NCBI RefSeq assembly: GCF_009914755.1
Contig: NC_060928.1
DNA: 64,000 bases
Reading direction: 5' to 3' (one strand)
Origin: the human T2T-CHM13v2.0 reference genome, Homo sapiens
Position 1 is the stretch's first letter. Each line of letters starts with the position of its first letter. The translations under genes were made by a program, and so were the position numbers. Under the pieces are notes generated by a model, which ran no database searches, was not told the DNA's origin, and saw nothing but the letters and a program-made list of their open reading frames with translations. Positions 26,521 through 40,257 of the stretch are shown here, in pieces.

Positions 26521-29069
26521 ATTTCTTTTCTTTTAGAATCTCCATTTTCTGTAGATTGAATAATTTGTAACAGACCAATGCTGCAGATGAGACAACTAGA
26601 CATCAGATGGATGTGGAAGCCACAGAAAAGAAAGAGAAGAACTTTCTTCTAGAACTAAGCTCTCTGGAACAACTACCTCCCCAACACCCACCACCAAGAG
26701 TTTGCCTGTTTGAGCCGTATGCTATGGACAGCTTTGGGTAAGGGTTGATGGTAAAGGAAAGAGACACAGCAGAGCTTTTACCTGTCATGTAGGTGTAAAT
26801 TTAAAAAAAAAAACTGGAAACTCAAGAGTCTTTAATACACAGTCAGTTTCCTCTGACTTTTTACAGACATCTGAGAAGGGGGTTGTCTGTGGTAATGGAC
26901 TTTGGCTATCAATGGGAAATGAGTTTGCTGTTACACAAAGAAAGGTAGTATCTGGAGACTCCTGGAGTACATCCCTAGATTGTTGTTTTCAGAGGTAAAT
27001 AAAATTTAACTACATAACATTTTGGACTGTGTAATACCTCTTGAATCTTATGAGTTACCACAGGAGGGAAGGTCTTCAGATGAAACAGGAAGCTATTCTA
27101 ATAATGGGCAACATTGAATTGGAAATCATGCATTCTGAATGAAAAAAGAACATGACTTTAGTCTGGACCTGAATCTGGATTCCAAACATATCTATTACGT
27201 GGATAATTAACTCGCACTTAAACTTTTGTTTAAGTATCTGCTCCCGAAATGTAGTAATAGTCTTCATATTCTCTCTTTTACTCCCCATCTCCTCTCTACT
27301 ACTTTAATAAAATAAAATAAAATCTTTTTCGTAGGTAACAAAAGGCAAGTGGAGCTACTGAAGCAAAGCTCATCAGGTAGAGATGATTGAGGTCTCTAAG
27401 ACCAAACAGCCAACATTAAAATGACATATTTTAAAATGTCCAATGAGTATACAAAAGTTGCACATGGTTTTGTGCTGAAAGCAACAAATACTGAAGTAGG
27501 AAAAGGAGTACTAGAAAATGTTTCATGAATACCAGCTTCTAATGATTCTGGACTCTCTGCTTGTACAAAGTTCTCAGATTCAGTGATGAGTGTATACTCA
27601 TGATGAATCCCATTCACTTGAATGGTTTTATCTCTTTTGCAACAAATTCTTCCTAATAAAAATATTCACAACTTCTGTAAGAATTTATCTCTGATTTGAA
27701 ATGCTGATATTTATTTTTATCTTCTTGAATTTAAATTGGTCTCATTTTTTAAAGTAACTACATTAAGCATTTTTTTTTTCTGGGATCTACAGTTTTTCCC
27801 ATATAAAATTTTAGATCAAGGTTTTTGTAAGAGTAATTGCTATTTCACATTTTTATTCAAAAATTATATAAAATATCCTACATTTCCATTTGGGGAAAAA
27901 TGTGGAAAAGAGCTATCATATTGTTAGTCCCCCAATGTATTTTATACTTTTGAAAAATTTAACAAGATACATACCACTGAAAATTATATGCCTTCTTGAA
28001 TCAATTAATATAGCAGATATCATGTACTCCTTTTAATAATATTTGTTCATAATCTTAGAAATAAATGTATGACTCAAGGTGCCCACGTAGATCAAAATCT
28101 ATCATTTACTCGGCCCATACTTCCCTTTTATTTGTCTCTTCTTACCTTTTAAAATAAACTTTTTTTTACTTTAAAGCAGTTTCAAATTGACAAAGTAATT
28201 TGGAGAGCAATAGAGAGAGTTCTCATGTTCTCTATACTCAGTTGCCCCCATTATTAACATATTTACATGAGACATTTAGTAAAATCAATATTAATATTGT
28301 TACCACATCAACAAATATAGACATATTATAATTAACTAAAGTTCATAGTTTATTCAGACTTTCTTAGTTTTTACTTACTATCCTTTTTATGTTCCAGGGT
28401 CCCCTTCAAGATATGACATTATATTTAGTCCTCATGTCTCTTTTGTCTCCTCTTGACTATGGCAGTTTCCTTTATTACCCTTGTGTTTGATGGCCTTGAT
28501 AATTTTGAGTGGTATAGGCATTTTGTTGAATTCCCTTCAAGTGGGATTTGTATGATGTTTTTCTGATTATTTTACAGTAATTATGTTTCCTTGGGAAGAC
28601 CACAGAGGTAAAGTGCCTTACACATCATATCAAGAGTACATACCATCACCATCACTTACTATTATGATATTAACCTTGATCATTTGGCTGAGGTTGGTTA
28701 GTCAACTTTATCCAATGAAAAATTATTCTTTTTCACCCCCACCCTTTTCATAATTTAGCCTTTGGAAGAAAATTACTATGTTTAGTCAATACTTAAGAGG
28801 GTGGAGTTGGTAAATCTACAACTTCTTGAGTGTGGAGTACCTATATAAATTAGTTGGACTTCTTTATGGAAAATTTGTCTCTTCTAAAATTTTTTCTCAT
28901 TTATTTATTTATTAAGTCATTTATTTATGTATCAGTATGTACTCATGGATATTTTATACATTACAGTGTAATCTAATACTATGTTACTTATAATGTTGCT
29001 GAAATTTTTCAAGCTTTGAACATTAAACAAGCTCTTAGTTGGCTCCTGTGTCTCTGACATACCCCATCA

Positions 29070-29280
29070 TTTTTTATTTTTTTCTCTCTTCTTTCTTTTT
29101 CTTTCTTCTTTCTTTCTTTTTCTTTTTCTTTCTCTCTCTCTCCTTCCTTCCTTTCCTTTCTTTTCCTTCTTTCCTTCCTTCCTTTCCCTTCCCTTACCCT
29201 CCCTCCCTCCCTTCCTTCAATCCATCCATCTTTTTCTCTTTCTTTCTCTCTTTCTCTCTCTCTCTCTTTCTCTCTTTCTC
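29070..29280. repeat. Compound polypyrimidine microsatellite (CTTT/CCTT/CT)n
   Basis: About 210 nt that are almost purely C/T. Confidence 0.9.
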
Positions 29281-29296
29281 ATTAAAAGATACTTTA

Positions 29297-29555
29297 GACC
29301 GGTCACGGTGGCTCACGCCTGTAATCCCAGCACTTTGGAAGGCCGAGGCAGGCAGATCACAAGGTCAGGACATCAAGACCATCCTGTGAATGGTGAAACC
29401 CCATCTCTACTAAAAATGCAAAAAAATAGCTGGGTGTGGTGGCAGGCGCCTGTAGTCCCAACTACTCAGGAGGCTGAGGCGGGAGAATGGAGTGAACCTG
29501 GTGGGTGGAGCTTGCATCAGCCTGGGTGACAGAGCGAGACTCCGTCTAAAAAAAA
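29297..29555 (+). mobile_element. AluY/Sc-like with an internal right-arm deletion
   Basis: gaccggtcacggtggctcacgcc...; TSD aaaagatactt(t/c)ag at 29284-29297 and 29556-29569. Confidence 0.92.
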
Positions 29556-29566
29556 AAAAGATACTT

Positions 29567-29597
29567 CAGCCTCAGCCTCAGCCTCAGCCTCAGCCTC
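29567..29597. repeat. (CAGCCT)5 hexamer repeat
   Basis: cagcctcagcctcagcctcagcctcagcctc. Confidence 0.9.
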
Positions 29598-32109
29598 ATC
29601 TTGTAAATTTTCTGCCTAGTCCGAGGCAGAAAATACATTTCTCCAAAAAGCCCTATTTTCTTTTATTGGATAATGGTATTAGACACCAAGAGCTGGGTGT
29701 TTCAGTATGCTCGTTGTCACTAGGATGTCATTGCTTGTAGGCCTTCTCAGCTAAGAGAAAGAAAATATATGTGTATATACTAACTCATGTATATACAGAT
29801 ATCTATAATTATATTTATATGTGACCATTTAAACCATATTAAGTTAAATATATGTGTTCATACTGATGTCTCCAACTCTAATCCATTACTGCATGACGCT
29901 TTCCAGCCTCCTCCTCTTGCTTATCTGTAACCTCCCATTACCGACAGTGAGAAATCTGGCTTTCACCACCCACCATATATTTACTACACTGTTTAATTCC
30001 AGGTTATGGTATCACAATTGTTAACCCATATCTTGTGAGAAATAACTTTGTTAACTAGACTACATTGCTCGTGTACATTTTATTTTACCTTTAGTCTTAG
30101 AGATTCCACTCTTTTCCAACATTACTTAGAATATGAACCTTTCACTCGTGCCTTCATTAAAGTTGTTTCATGCATTTATAATATATTTAGATTCTTTTGT
30201 CATAATCTGTATTCTCAACTGTTATTCCCTGACCTTGTACATGATTTTTTAATTGCATAAGTTAAGGCTCACTCTTTCTGCTGTAACGTTCCATAGGCTT
30301 TGACAAATGTATAATTTTGTTTATCCACCATTATAGTACCAGTCAGAATAGCTTCACCACCATAACAATTCTATGCACTTTACATATTCAGACATTGCCT
30401 CCTTTTTCTAAACTCTAGAAAATTTCTTATCTTTTTTAAAATATCGTTTTTATAGTTTTGTCTTTTCCAAAATATTCTACAATTGAAATCTTGTAGTATA
30501 TAGCCTTTTAAGGTTGCCTTCTTTTGTTTCGAATATGTACTTAAGTTTGATTCATGTCCCTTTGTGGTGGCTTAATTGTGCATATATTTTTTCTATAAGT
30601 AATATTTCATTGGATGGATAAGCCATAGTTTAATTTGTTGAAGGACATCTACATTACTTTAGTTTGGGGTGATTCTGAATGAAGCTGCTGTAAACACTCG
30701 CATGCATGTTCCTGTGTGAATGTAAGTTTTCTAATCAGTTGGGTAAATCACAAGGAGCACGAGTATTAAATTGTGTGAAATTACTGTGTTTTAAATTTGT
30801 AAGAAAATGCCTGTTTTTCAAAATGGCTTATACCATTTTGAATTCCACAGCAATAAAGAGGAATTCTTTCTCACCTTTTATAATTTCTATTCTCTCACGA
30901 ATGAGCATTAAATTCTTAATAAATATCAAAAGTTTTATAATAGAATAAAAGCACATTATGTGAGAAGCAGTGAAAGTTTGGATTGAAAATTTAATATTTA
31001 AATTCAACTTATAGAGCACCTGGAAAAATACTAATATAGAATAACAAATTATTTTACAGAGAACCCTGTGGAATTAGCTTTAAATAAAAGATAAAGCCAG
31101 TTCAATATCAGCATATCACCCCTTGGCATAAAATGGATACGGGTAAAATGCTTAAAAATTTATTGCTTTCTAAAGTTTGATAGTCCACCTCATGACTACA
31201 TTTGCACTTTGAATTTGACAGTAAATATTTTTATATATTAAATAAATTATAGTATATGCTGTTTAAAATTTTATGCATTATAAGTATTCTTGTTAAAATT
31301 AAAAATAGAGTAACCATTTTACATGCATCCCATTTTTACATAATGCAATTTTTCAGATTTGCACTCTTATGGAGTTTTTTTCTCAAATACAGCTGTTTAA
31401 ATAAATAATGTACTTTTCCCTTGAATTTGAAATGTTAAGTTCTATCTTGTATAAGGTCTTTTTAAGAATAAAAGTTTAATGAAACAAAATCATAATCAAA
31501 ATCCCAAGCAAACAAAATCTCTTGAGCTCTACCTTTACAGTATCTGTTAAATTTTCTACTACAACCATCGTAAGAGATCATTTAAAGTTTTTTAAAAAAT
31601 TATTTATTAAAAACCTATGCCACAAAATTGTAACTGGTTCTACTTTTCCTGAGGTATTTTTTTAAACTTCATAATGACCTAATAATCCTCAAAACACCAC
31701 TGAGAAGTAACTGAGGTTATGTTATGGTATTCTATAAAATTCACTTTTTTATATCCACAAATGGATTTTTGGTTTTGGCTTTGATCATTCTTTTCTGCTG
31801 ACTTAGACAGGAGCTATCAGAGGCCTATTCACAGATGGGACCTTTCTGCAATAGTGCTTCAAGAACACAGTGAAAGATGACTCTATTAAAAAATGGTTGT
31901 ATCCAGAAATTATTGCTCAGGAATAAGGATTAGCCGTACTATTTGAAACAAAAATACAAAATAGTTCCAAATTCATGTATGACGTAAAAAATCATTATGA
32001 CATTGCTAGCTAATATTTCAAGTCACAAATCAAATACTGTCTTTGGCTTTAACTTTTAGCAAAATGCACAGTGATGATGCATGCCATATGCCTATGTAAA
32101 ATAAAAACA

Positions 32110-33210
32110 TTAAATCGAACACAATCATACACAACCATGATAATAGGAAATACAGTATGATAACTGAGCTTCTCTTGGATGCTGGCTATCACGGTAATTT
32201 ACCACTCAAAAGTGATTGCCAACCTGTCTTATGATATCCACGGATCTGTGTTCTGCCGCTGTAGTTTTTGCTTTCCTAGAAAGTCATACAAATGTAATCA
32301 TTCTCATGTTGCCTTCTGAATTTTGCTTATAAAGTTAGCATAAAGTATTCTACAATGACTCATATTATAAGTGTACCTGGAATTCATGTCTTTGTATTTC
32401 TGAATAGTATTCCATCTTTATGAATATGCAACAGTTTTTGTATTCATACACCCTTTGAATTACGTCGGGATTTTCTAGTATTTGGTGAATAGAAATGAAG
32501 TCATCATAAAGATTTGCAAAATATTTCATGTGAATATGTTTTATTTTATTTTGTAATATGTAGAAGTGAAATTGCTGGGTCATCAGGTAACTGTATTATT
32601 ACTTTTATATAAGACTCAGAAATCATTTGCCCAAATGGGTGTACCATTATAAATCCACATTAGTACTGTATTAGCTTTCTGGTTGTTCTTCATCCTCAAC
32701 AGAACTTGATATTTGTTATTTTCTTTATCCTCCTTTATGATGGTGTGTAATGGCATCTCGTTATGGATTTTATTTTCATTTTCTTAGTTAATGATGTCGA
32801 GTTTCTTTTTATGTTCTTCTTTAGTGCGTTGTCAAAAGTTTTTCCATTTTGGGGGGATAGTGTATTAGAATTGAGATTTGAAATTTCTATGTTAATTCTG
32901 GATATCAGTTCTTTGTCAGTTATATATTTTGCAAATGTAGCCTGCCGTCTACATATTTCCCCTAATTTTCTTAAGAGTGTATTTTGAAGAACGTAATTCC
33001 TTAATGGTAATGAGGTTTTTCTTTTTACAAAATCATACTTTTAGTGTGGAATCTAAGAAATTTCACCCAACAATTAAAGGTCAAAGAGATTTTTATCTGT
33101 ATTTTTCTATGGAAGTGTTATAGTTTAGGTTTTTACTTTAGGGTTATGATCTATTATGAGTTAGTTTTCTGTATGGTACTAAAGACAGATCATTATTCCT
33201 TTTCTGCGTA
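32110..33210 (-). mobile_element. L1ME/L1MC fragment
   Basis: tgaatagtattccat, gaagtgaaattgctgggtcat, tgtaatggcatctcgttatgg, ttctggatatcagttctttgtcag. Confidence 0.7.
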
Positions 33211-33214
33211 TGAG

Positions 33215-33727
33215 TGTTGCAGGGAAAAACAGTCTGTGTGCATTCTCTGCCCCCCATTTGGGTGCATAGGAATGGATCTTGAGCCTAGAACCCTGTCTTA
33301 CCAAGAGATAAGGAGCCCGTAAGACCTGTACTGGGTTTATCACCTTATGAGGGATTATCTTTGCCTATTGCAAGCTCAATGTATCCTCAATGTATCTACG
33401 TAAGCATGTGCATGGCATGGCACGTGGCCAACCCCATTGCTCCTTTTGTCCTCCTCTGGAAAGTCACAGGATCAATCTGTGACAGGAAAGGGGTGTGGGT
33501 GGCCATTTGGCATACATCTGATGCAAGGATGAGCCCTCCTGGCCATGGGGAAACAATGCACACAGTTGACATTGATCTTGCTCTGTCACTTCTCTATGTA
33601 AATAAAGTGTTGTCCATCCAATACTTGACTGTGCTGTTTCTCTTGGTGGATACCAACATGCAATGGCTAGAAGTGTATGGAGTCCTTCCCTGGGATTGAT
33701 AACTAGCGCATGGTGTTCTGCAGAACA
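33215..33727 (+). mobile_element. Solo ERVL-class LTR (MER74/MER73/MER54-like) inserted in L1
   Basis: TG...CA termini (tgttgcagg ... cagaaca); GC-richer 513-bp block; AATAAA at 33602; L1 sequence resumes afterwards. Confidence 0.6.
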
Positions 33728-33769
33728 GATCTCAAATATTTTCAGAACAATTGTACAAGTTAAGAAAAG

Positions 33770-33910
33770 TTCCTTTCCTTAAGAAGCTGACATCATAGAG
33801 GTAGAAGCAGTCAATAAACAATAAACACAATAATTAAGTATATTATACAGTATATAAGAAGATGGTAAGTCCTATAGTCAAAAGAAAAATTAGAATACCA
33901 TAAGGGATTT
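33770..33910 (-). mobile_element. L2 3' fragment
   Basis: ccttaagaagctgacatcatag...cagtcaataaacaa...atggtaagtcctat. Confidence 0.5.
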
Positions 33911-35111
33911 CAGATATGAATGCATTAAGTAGAGGGATTTATGAAACATGGGACAGATATCTGACCTTCATGAGAGCTTTGTTGTTACCTTCTGTGTTCT
34001 TTCCTGCTATTATAAAATATAAGAACATCTCTATATTACTTCAATGAAATGCCCTGACTTTCTTCAGAAAGGTAAAATAATTATAAATAATAAAATGTAA
34101 CTAATTATCTCATTATTAATATTGAGTGAGGCCCAAGTAACAATTTTAGTTATGGATCAAACAATGACTCATTGAAAGGCATTTTATACTGGACTAGTTT
34201 GGTCTGATACTTACAATTAAAATACCTGAGAAAATATTGAGATTCTTAAATTCTTCAAATATCAGTTTTTTTATTCCAGAATATATTAAAGTTTTTAAAA
34301 GTAAAAGAATGACAAAAATGTAGTTGTATATAAATCTTTTTAAAACATAAGAGACTTGAAAGTAATTAAATCCACATGTTAACCATATAATCTATTCTAA
34401 TGATCTTTAAGGAAACAAGCTATTGAGAGAAATATTCAAATTATGTTTAATATTGAAAGTGAAAAGTTGGCAAATATCTATTTTTACTTATCTAACGTGA
34501 ATTAATAAGCAAAGATAAAGAGTATTATTTCTGTTTATATACTATATAGGGATAATAACTATTAATTTCTGTAATGTATTTTATGGAAGAAAGTACTTGT
34601 TAAACTATCTTTGTAAAATTAAAGGCAATTATGGGAGGGTGAGTTAATATTTCACAATTAAAACACATTGATCTAGTTAATGAAAGAACATTTACTAGCT
34701 TCTAATTTTGACAGTAATGTATTTTGATGTTTCTTTGAATCAACAATAATTTTGTTTATAAAATCATGCAAATATTAGACTGAAATGGAATGATAATAAG
34801 CAAAGGAGCACCATGCCTCATTGAAAGAATTTTTAATTACAGATCATTTAATCAATTTTCACATCTATTCAGTATCTTTATTTCAATTTTATTGTTTAAC
34901 CGGTGAAAAAACTTCCTTTGTTTTTCCTGTGAAAACATAATTTTGTGGATATTAAGCAGATTATAACTGTAGTATTTATTTAAAGTGTTTTTCTCTAAGA
35001 AGGGTTAATAGATTTAATATGCTGAGTGTCCAAATTAGCTAGCCTACATGTACCAATTGAAGCCATGTTTCATATGATAATGCTGAAAATGTATACCCAG
35101 GCCATGCAAAC

Positions 35112-35330
35112 CAGGGGTGTCCAATCTTTTGACTTCCCTGGGTCACACTGGAAGAAGAAACATTGTTTTGGGACATGCATAAAATACACTAACACTAATG
35201 ATAGCTGATGAGCTAAAAATTATTTTTAAATTGCATATCATTTTAAGAAAGTTTGAGAATTTGTGTTGGACTGCATTCAAAGCCATCCTGGGCCACATGT
35301 AGCATGTGGGTTGCAGATTGGACAAGCTTG
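35112..35330 (+). mobile_element. MER30 (hAT-Charlie MITE)
   Basis: caggggtgtccaatcttttg...ttggacaagcttg; degenerate 8-bp TSD atgcaaac/atgtaaat. Confidence 0.9.
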
Positions 35331-36214
35331 ATGTAAATAGTTCAGTTTTCTTAATTTTGTGAGACGTTGTAGGTTGACACTCTTTCTACTTTTTTGAATC
35401 AAATAGTTGTTTTTAAAAAAGTTGATATTAACATCCTTATTCTGTGTTAATGAAATATCTACTGCAACACGATTAAAAAATATTCAGGCAAATTATCAGA
35501 CAGAAATTAGTGTAAAGATGCAAGTAACAATATGAATATAGTGAAATAGTATTAAATAAATCGATGCATTTAAAATATTTATGTAATCAGCCTATAAACT
35601 TGAGACTTCTCTTTTCCTAGTGAATTATTTTAATTGTTTCTCGATGTTGTCACTCAAAATAGTGTTTATTTTATGTGCCTTTTACTATAGCTCCCTTAAA
35701 AATACTGGTAAAAATAAAAACATAAAAGTATATAATCAGCAGAATTATCAAAATAATTTAACAGCAGCACATCTATTGAGTAAAATACATTCATGAATCA
35801 ACCTCACTAACATATTTTATCTAGGCTCCCCCTCAGTTTACCTGTATAAATGGTACAGTTAGGATGTATTAAAATTCCATGTTAGTAAAATAAACCTTGA
35901 AGCAGTATCTAAGAAAATTTCTGGAGTTGATCAAAGGTGTAGGTGAAGCAGCTCTGACTTGGATTATAAAAGTAGAAAGATCATAGATTCAGACCCATTC
36001 TTCAGATGTTAGCCATTGAGAGCATGATTACTCTTAATGATGCTATCTCTTTTAATGCACAGACAACAGTGCAAGAACACAAGGATTACAAAGAATCAAG
36101 AAGTCATGACATCTCTAAAAGAAAGTAATAAATCTCCAATAATAGAACTTCAAGAAATGGAGAGCTGTAAAATGATTGACCAAAAATTGAGACAAATTCT
36201 CTTTAAGAAAGTAA

Positions 36215-36662
36215 GTGTTCAGCACTATTCACAATAGCAAAGACATTGAATAAACCTAAATGCCCATCAATGGTAGACTGGATAAAGAAAATGTGGTACA
36301 TATTACACCATGGAATATTATGCAGCCATAAAAAAGAATGAGATTATGTCCTTTGCAGGAGCATGGATGGAACTAGAGGTCATAATTGTGAGCAAACTAA
36401 CACATGAAGAGAAAACCAAATATCACATGTTTTTACTTGTAAATAGGAGCTAAATTATGAAAACACATAGACGCAAAGAGGGGAACTACAGACACTGAGG
36501 CCCACTGGAGGGTAGAGGGTGGGAGGAGGGAGAGGATCAGGAAAAATAACTAATTGATACTAGGTTAAACCCTGGGTGATGAAATAAACAAACCCCTGTG
36601 ACACAAGTTTACCTATGTAACTAACAAAACTACACATGTACCCCTAAACTTAAAATTAAAAA
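36215..36662 (+). mobile_element. 5'-truncated L1PA13-15-type 3' end nested in the host L1 ORF1
   Basis: cagcactattcacaatagcaaagac...gggaggagggagaggatcaggaaaaataactaat...cttaaaattaaaaaa; degenerate TSD aagaaagtaagtg/aagaagctcagtg. Confidence 0.85.
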
Positions 36663-38022
36663 AGAAGCTCAGTGAACTACAAGAATATACACATATAAAA
36701 ATTAAATAAATTTTAAAAATACATAAACTAAATACGTTTGACAAAGAAATAGAAACAATAAAAAATAGAAATTTTAAATATAAAGAAAGTAGTGACTGAA
36801 CTGAAAAACTTAATAGAAAGCTTCAACAGCAGACTTGATCAGCGGAAGAAAAAATCAGTGAGCTTGAAGACAGTATGTTTGAAATTATCCAGTCAGAGGA
36901 GCAAAGAGACAAAGGAGTAAAATAGAATAAAGAAAGCCTATGAGAGTAGCAGGATACCATCAGGAGACCTAACATATTCATAATAAAAGTTCAAGAAGGT
37001 GAAATGAAAAAGGTTTAGAAAATATATTTAAAGAAATAATGACAAAAATTCTCAAATCTAAAGAAAGTTGCCAACATCCAGGTACAGAAAGAGCAAGCGT
37101 GTCCAATCAAACTCAACCCCAATGAGGAGTTCTCCAATATTCATAATAATTAAACTATAAAAATTCAAAGATAAAGAAAAAATTATGATAGCTGCAAAAG
37201 ATTAGAAAAGCATTGTGTACAAAGGAGTTTCAGCACAACTACCAGTGGATTTCCTAGCAGAAATCCTGAAGACCAGGAAAGCGTGAGACACTGTATTCCA
37301 AGTGGTGAAGATAAAACCAAAACTGCCAACCAAGGATTACCATCAAAGCTGTCTTTCAGAAGTAAAGGAGAAATAAACACTTTTCCAGACAAATAAAAAC
37401 TAAGGGAGTTCATCATCACTAATCCTGCTTATAGGAATGGCTAAAGGGAGCTCTTTAAGCTGAAAAAAAGAAAGACCTCTAATTAATAACGTAAAACATT
37501 TGAAAGTACAACACTCAATGATATAAATAATAAGAGTTGTTCAGAATATTTTGACTGTAATGATGGTTTGTAAAGTAATGTTATTTCTAGTATGAGGGTT
37601 AAAATTCAAATCTATTAACATCAACTATAGCTAAAATAAGTTGTCAAGGGATATATATTACAAAATAATGTAAATTTTGACATCAAATACAGGAAATGTT
37701 GGGGGAGGAGTAAAAGTGGAGACAAAAGAAAAATGTTAGTGATTATGTGGAGAAAGGACTCTTACATGCCATTGGTAACAATGCAAATTAGCACAACGAT
37801 TATGCAGTGCTGTATGAGGCTTCCTCAAAAAACTGAAAATACAATTACCATATGATCCAACAGTTCCACTTTTGGATATTTATTCAAAATATTTGAAATC
37901 CTTATGAAGAGATGTCTATACTACATGCTCATTGCAGCATTATTTAAAGTAAGTTATAAAACCAATCAAAAAGTGTTCATTAAATGATAAATGGATAAAC
38001 AATTTGTGGCATATATGTGTGT

Positions 38023-38035
38023 ACACACAGACACG

Positions 38036-38068
<33 letters not shown>
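38023..38068. repeat. (CA)n microsatellite
   Basis: acacacagacacgcacacatacacacacacacacac... Confidence 0.9.
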
Positions 38069-38073
<5 letters not shown>

Positions 38074-38652
38074 AGAATACCAAGAATACTATTCAGCCTT
38101 AATAAAGAAAATTCTGTCATCCAATAACATGGATGAACATGGAGGACATTGCAGTAACAGTAAATGAATTAAGCCAGGGATAGAAAGACAAATGCCACAC
38201 AATCTCACTTGTAAGTGGAATCTAAAGCAATTAAACTCATAGAAACAGAGAATAGAATGGTGGTTACCAGAGGCTAGGTAGTGGGGAATATAGGGGGATG
38301 TTAGTCAAAGCATACAGGGGAATGAATATTTTTAAAGTATCTATTGCATGGTATAATGAATATAGTTAATAATAGTGTATTATACATTTCAAAATTTCTA
38401 AGAGTACATTTTAAATGTTCTCACCACAAAAGAGATAAGTATTTGAGGTGGTGGATACATTAATTCACCTGATTTAATTATTCCACATTGTGCTTATAAC
38501 ATCACTTTGTATCCCATAAGTATATGAACGTATAATTTGTAAATTTACAATAAAATTTAAAAACGAATTTATAATTTAGTGAATATTTTCTTTTTTTTTT
38601 CATTTTACATCACAACTTTGGAGTACACATAGAGTTAAATTAGGAAATTTGC

Positions 38653-38958
<306 letters not shown>

Positions 38959-40257
38959 TAAGTAGTATGGAACCTGGCATTGGCACACATACAAGGCCTT
39001 ACAAAGAGGGGCCAACTGACTTGACTAAGAAGTTTCAAAATAGTCTTGCTGGATTCCAGGGAAGAACTCTAAAAAAAATAATTGAGATTATGTGATAATG
39101 ACAACAGTAACAAAACCAGAATAAATTCATAGACAGTTTTCAAATCAGTGACTCTTCCAAGATTATTTTAATGTTACATCTACAAGTAAACATTGTAAAC
39201 CATATATTAATGTACATGTTACAGAAAAAATGCAAGAAATTTAACAGTTTTACTTGAGGTATAGATAATAATATAAAAACTGCATCTTGATATTTAATTC
39301 AGACCTCAAAAGTACAAATTAGTAAAATTCTTAATATAAAGGTTTATGTTACACATGTAGAATATATTGATACTTTTTAAAAAAGCAGAATGTGGAACTG
39401 ATGACTTTTTTCAGTTTTACTGAACTTTAATAAAAATTCATATTTAAAATTTGTCTCTAGATTTTTTATTTTAAAAAGTGTTATTTCAGCCAAAACATTC
39501 CATAACTGTCTGAAGAATCCCTAAATGCTACAGAACAATTTGGCACTCAAAAAATTAAACTGAAGTAAACAAAGAAGAAAATGATTTATATACCATTTAT
39601 AAGTTAATTAGACTTTTTATAAATCACAAGACCTGTAATATAAATAGCACTCATAAATCAACAACAAAAACTAAGTAAATTCATTTTTCATTTTGTACCA
39701 CAGTTTGGAAGTATACATCAAGTTAAATGAGAATATTTGCTGTTGATAAAATATAATGTGCCTATATGTATTTTAAATGTGTTATATTTACACATTCTCC
39801 CACCATCTCAATAGTTAGGTTTTATAAGATTCATTTTAGCACATTTGTTATCATACCCAGGGCCATGAATCCCTGAAAAGTTGCAAAGTAACTAGAAGTG
39901 GCCCTTGAATGCACTCACATTCAGTTCTCTATATATGGAGGATATTAGTTTTCAGAAATATTGGCTATATAAAAGGAAGAGACATTTAAAAGACATACTG
40001 AAGTCACTATAGAATTTTTAAAATATGTATTTTCTTCAATTAACAAATATTGAATGCATAATTAATTGCTACTAAGTTGATTTGCAAAATTTTAAAAGAT
40101 TTTCTATACTCAAAAGAGCTGAAGACCAATGTTTTACAATTCAAAAAATTCACTAAATATTAGAAACATGTGACATGTGAAAAGTTAAAATAACAACAGT
40201 TTCATCTAAGAAAGTTTTGGTACTGACTCTGAATATATTGAATTCTGGCAGACAAAG

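Larger units (their letters stand above)
28160..30860 (-). mobile_element. L1MD/L1MC-type 3' region, interrupted by a microsatellite and an Alu
   Basis: attaactaaagttcatagtttattcagactttcttagttttt, catgtctcttttgtctcctcttgactatggcagttt, gaagaccacagaggtaaagtgc, aatggtattagacaccaag. Confidence 0.8.
36040..38565 (+). mobile_element. L1MA-type element: ORF1 region (~36040-37700) joined to 3' end (~37730-38565)
   Basis: ORF1-like agcttcaacagcagacttgatcagcggaagaaaaaatcagtgagcttgaagacag, ggagaaataaacacttttccagacaaa; L1MA 3' end tgttctcaccacaaaagagataagtatttgaggtg. Confidence 0.82.

Noticed and set aside
26537-26737. Possible exon (ttttcttttag acceptor, TGG|gtaagg donor)
   Set aside because: No recognisable protein similarity; such signals are frequent in AT-rich DNA and there is no independent support.
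29492-29740. ORF with a QPQPQP repeat
   Set aside because: Produced by the Alu tail plus the (CAGCCT)n microsatellite within an antisense L1.
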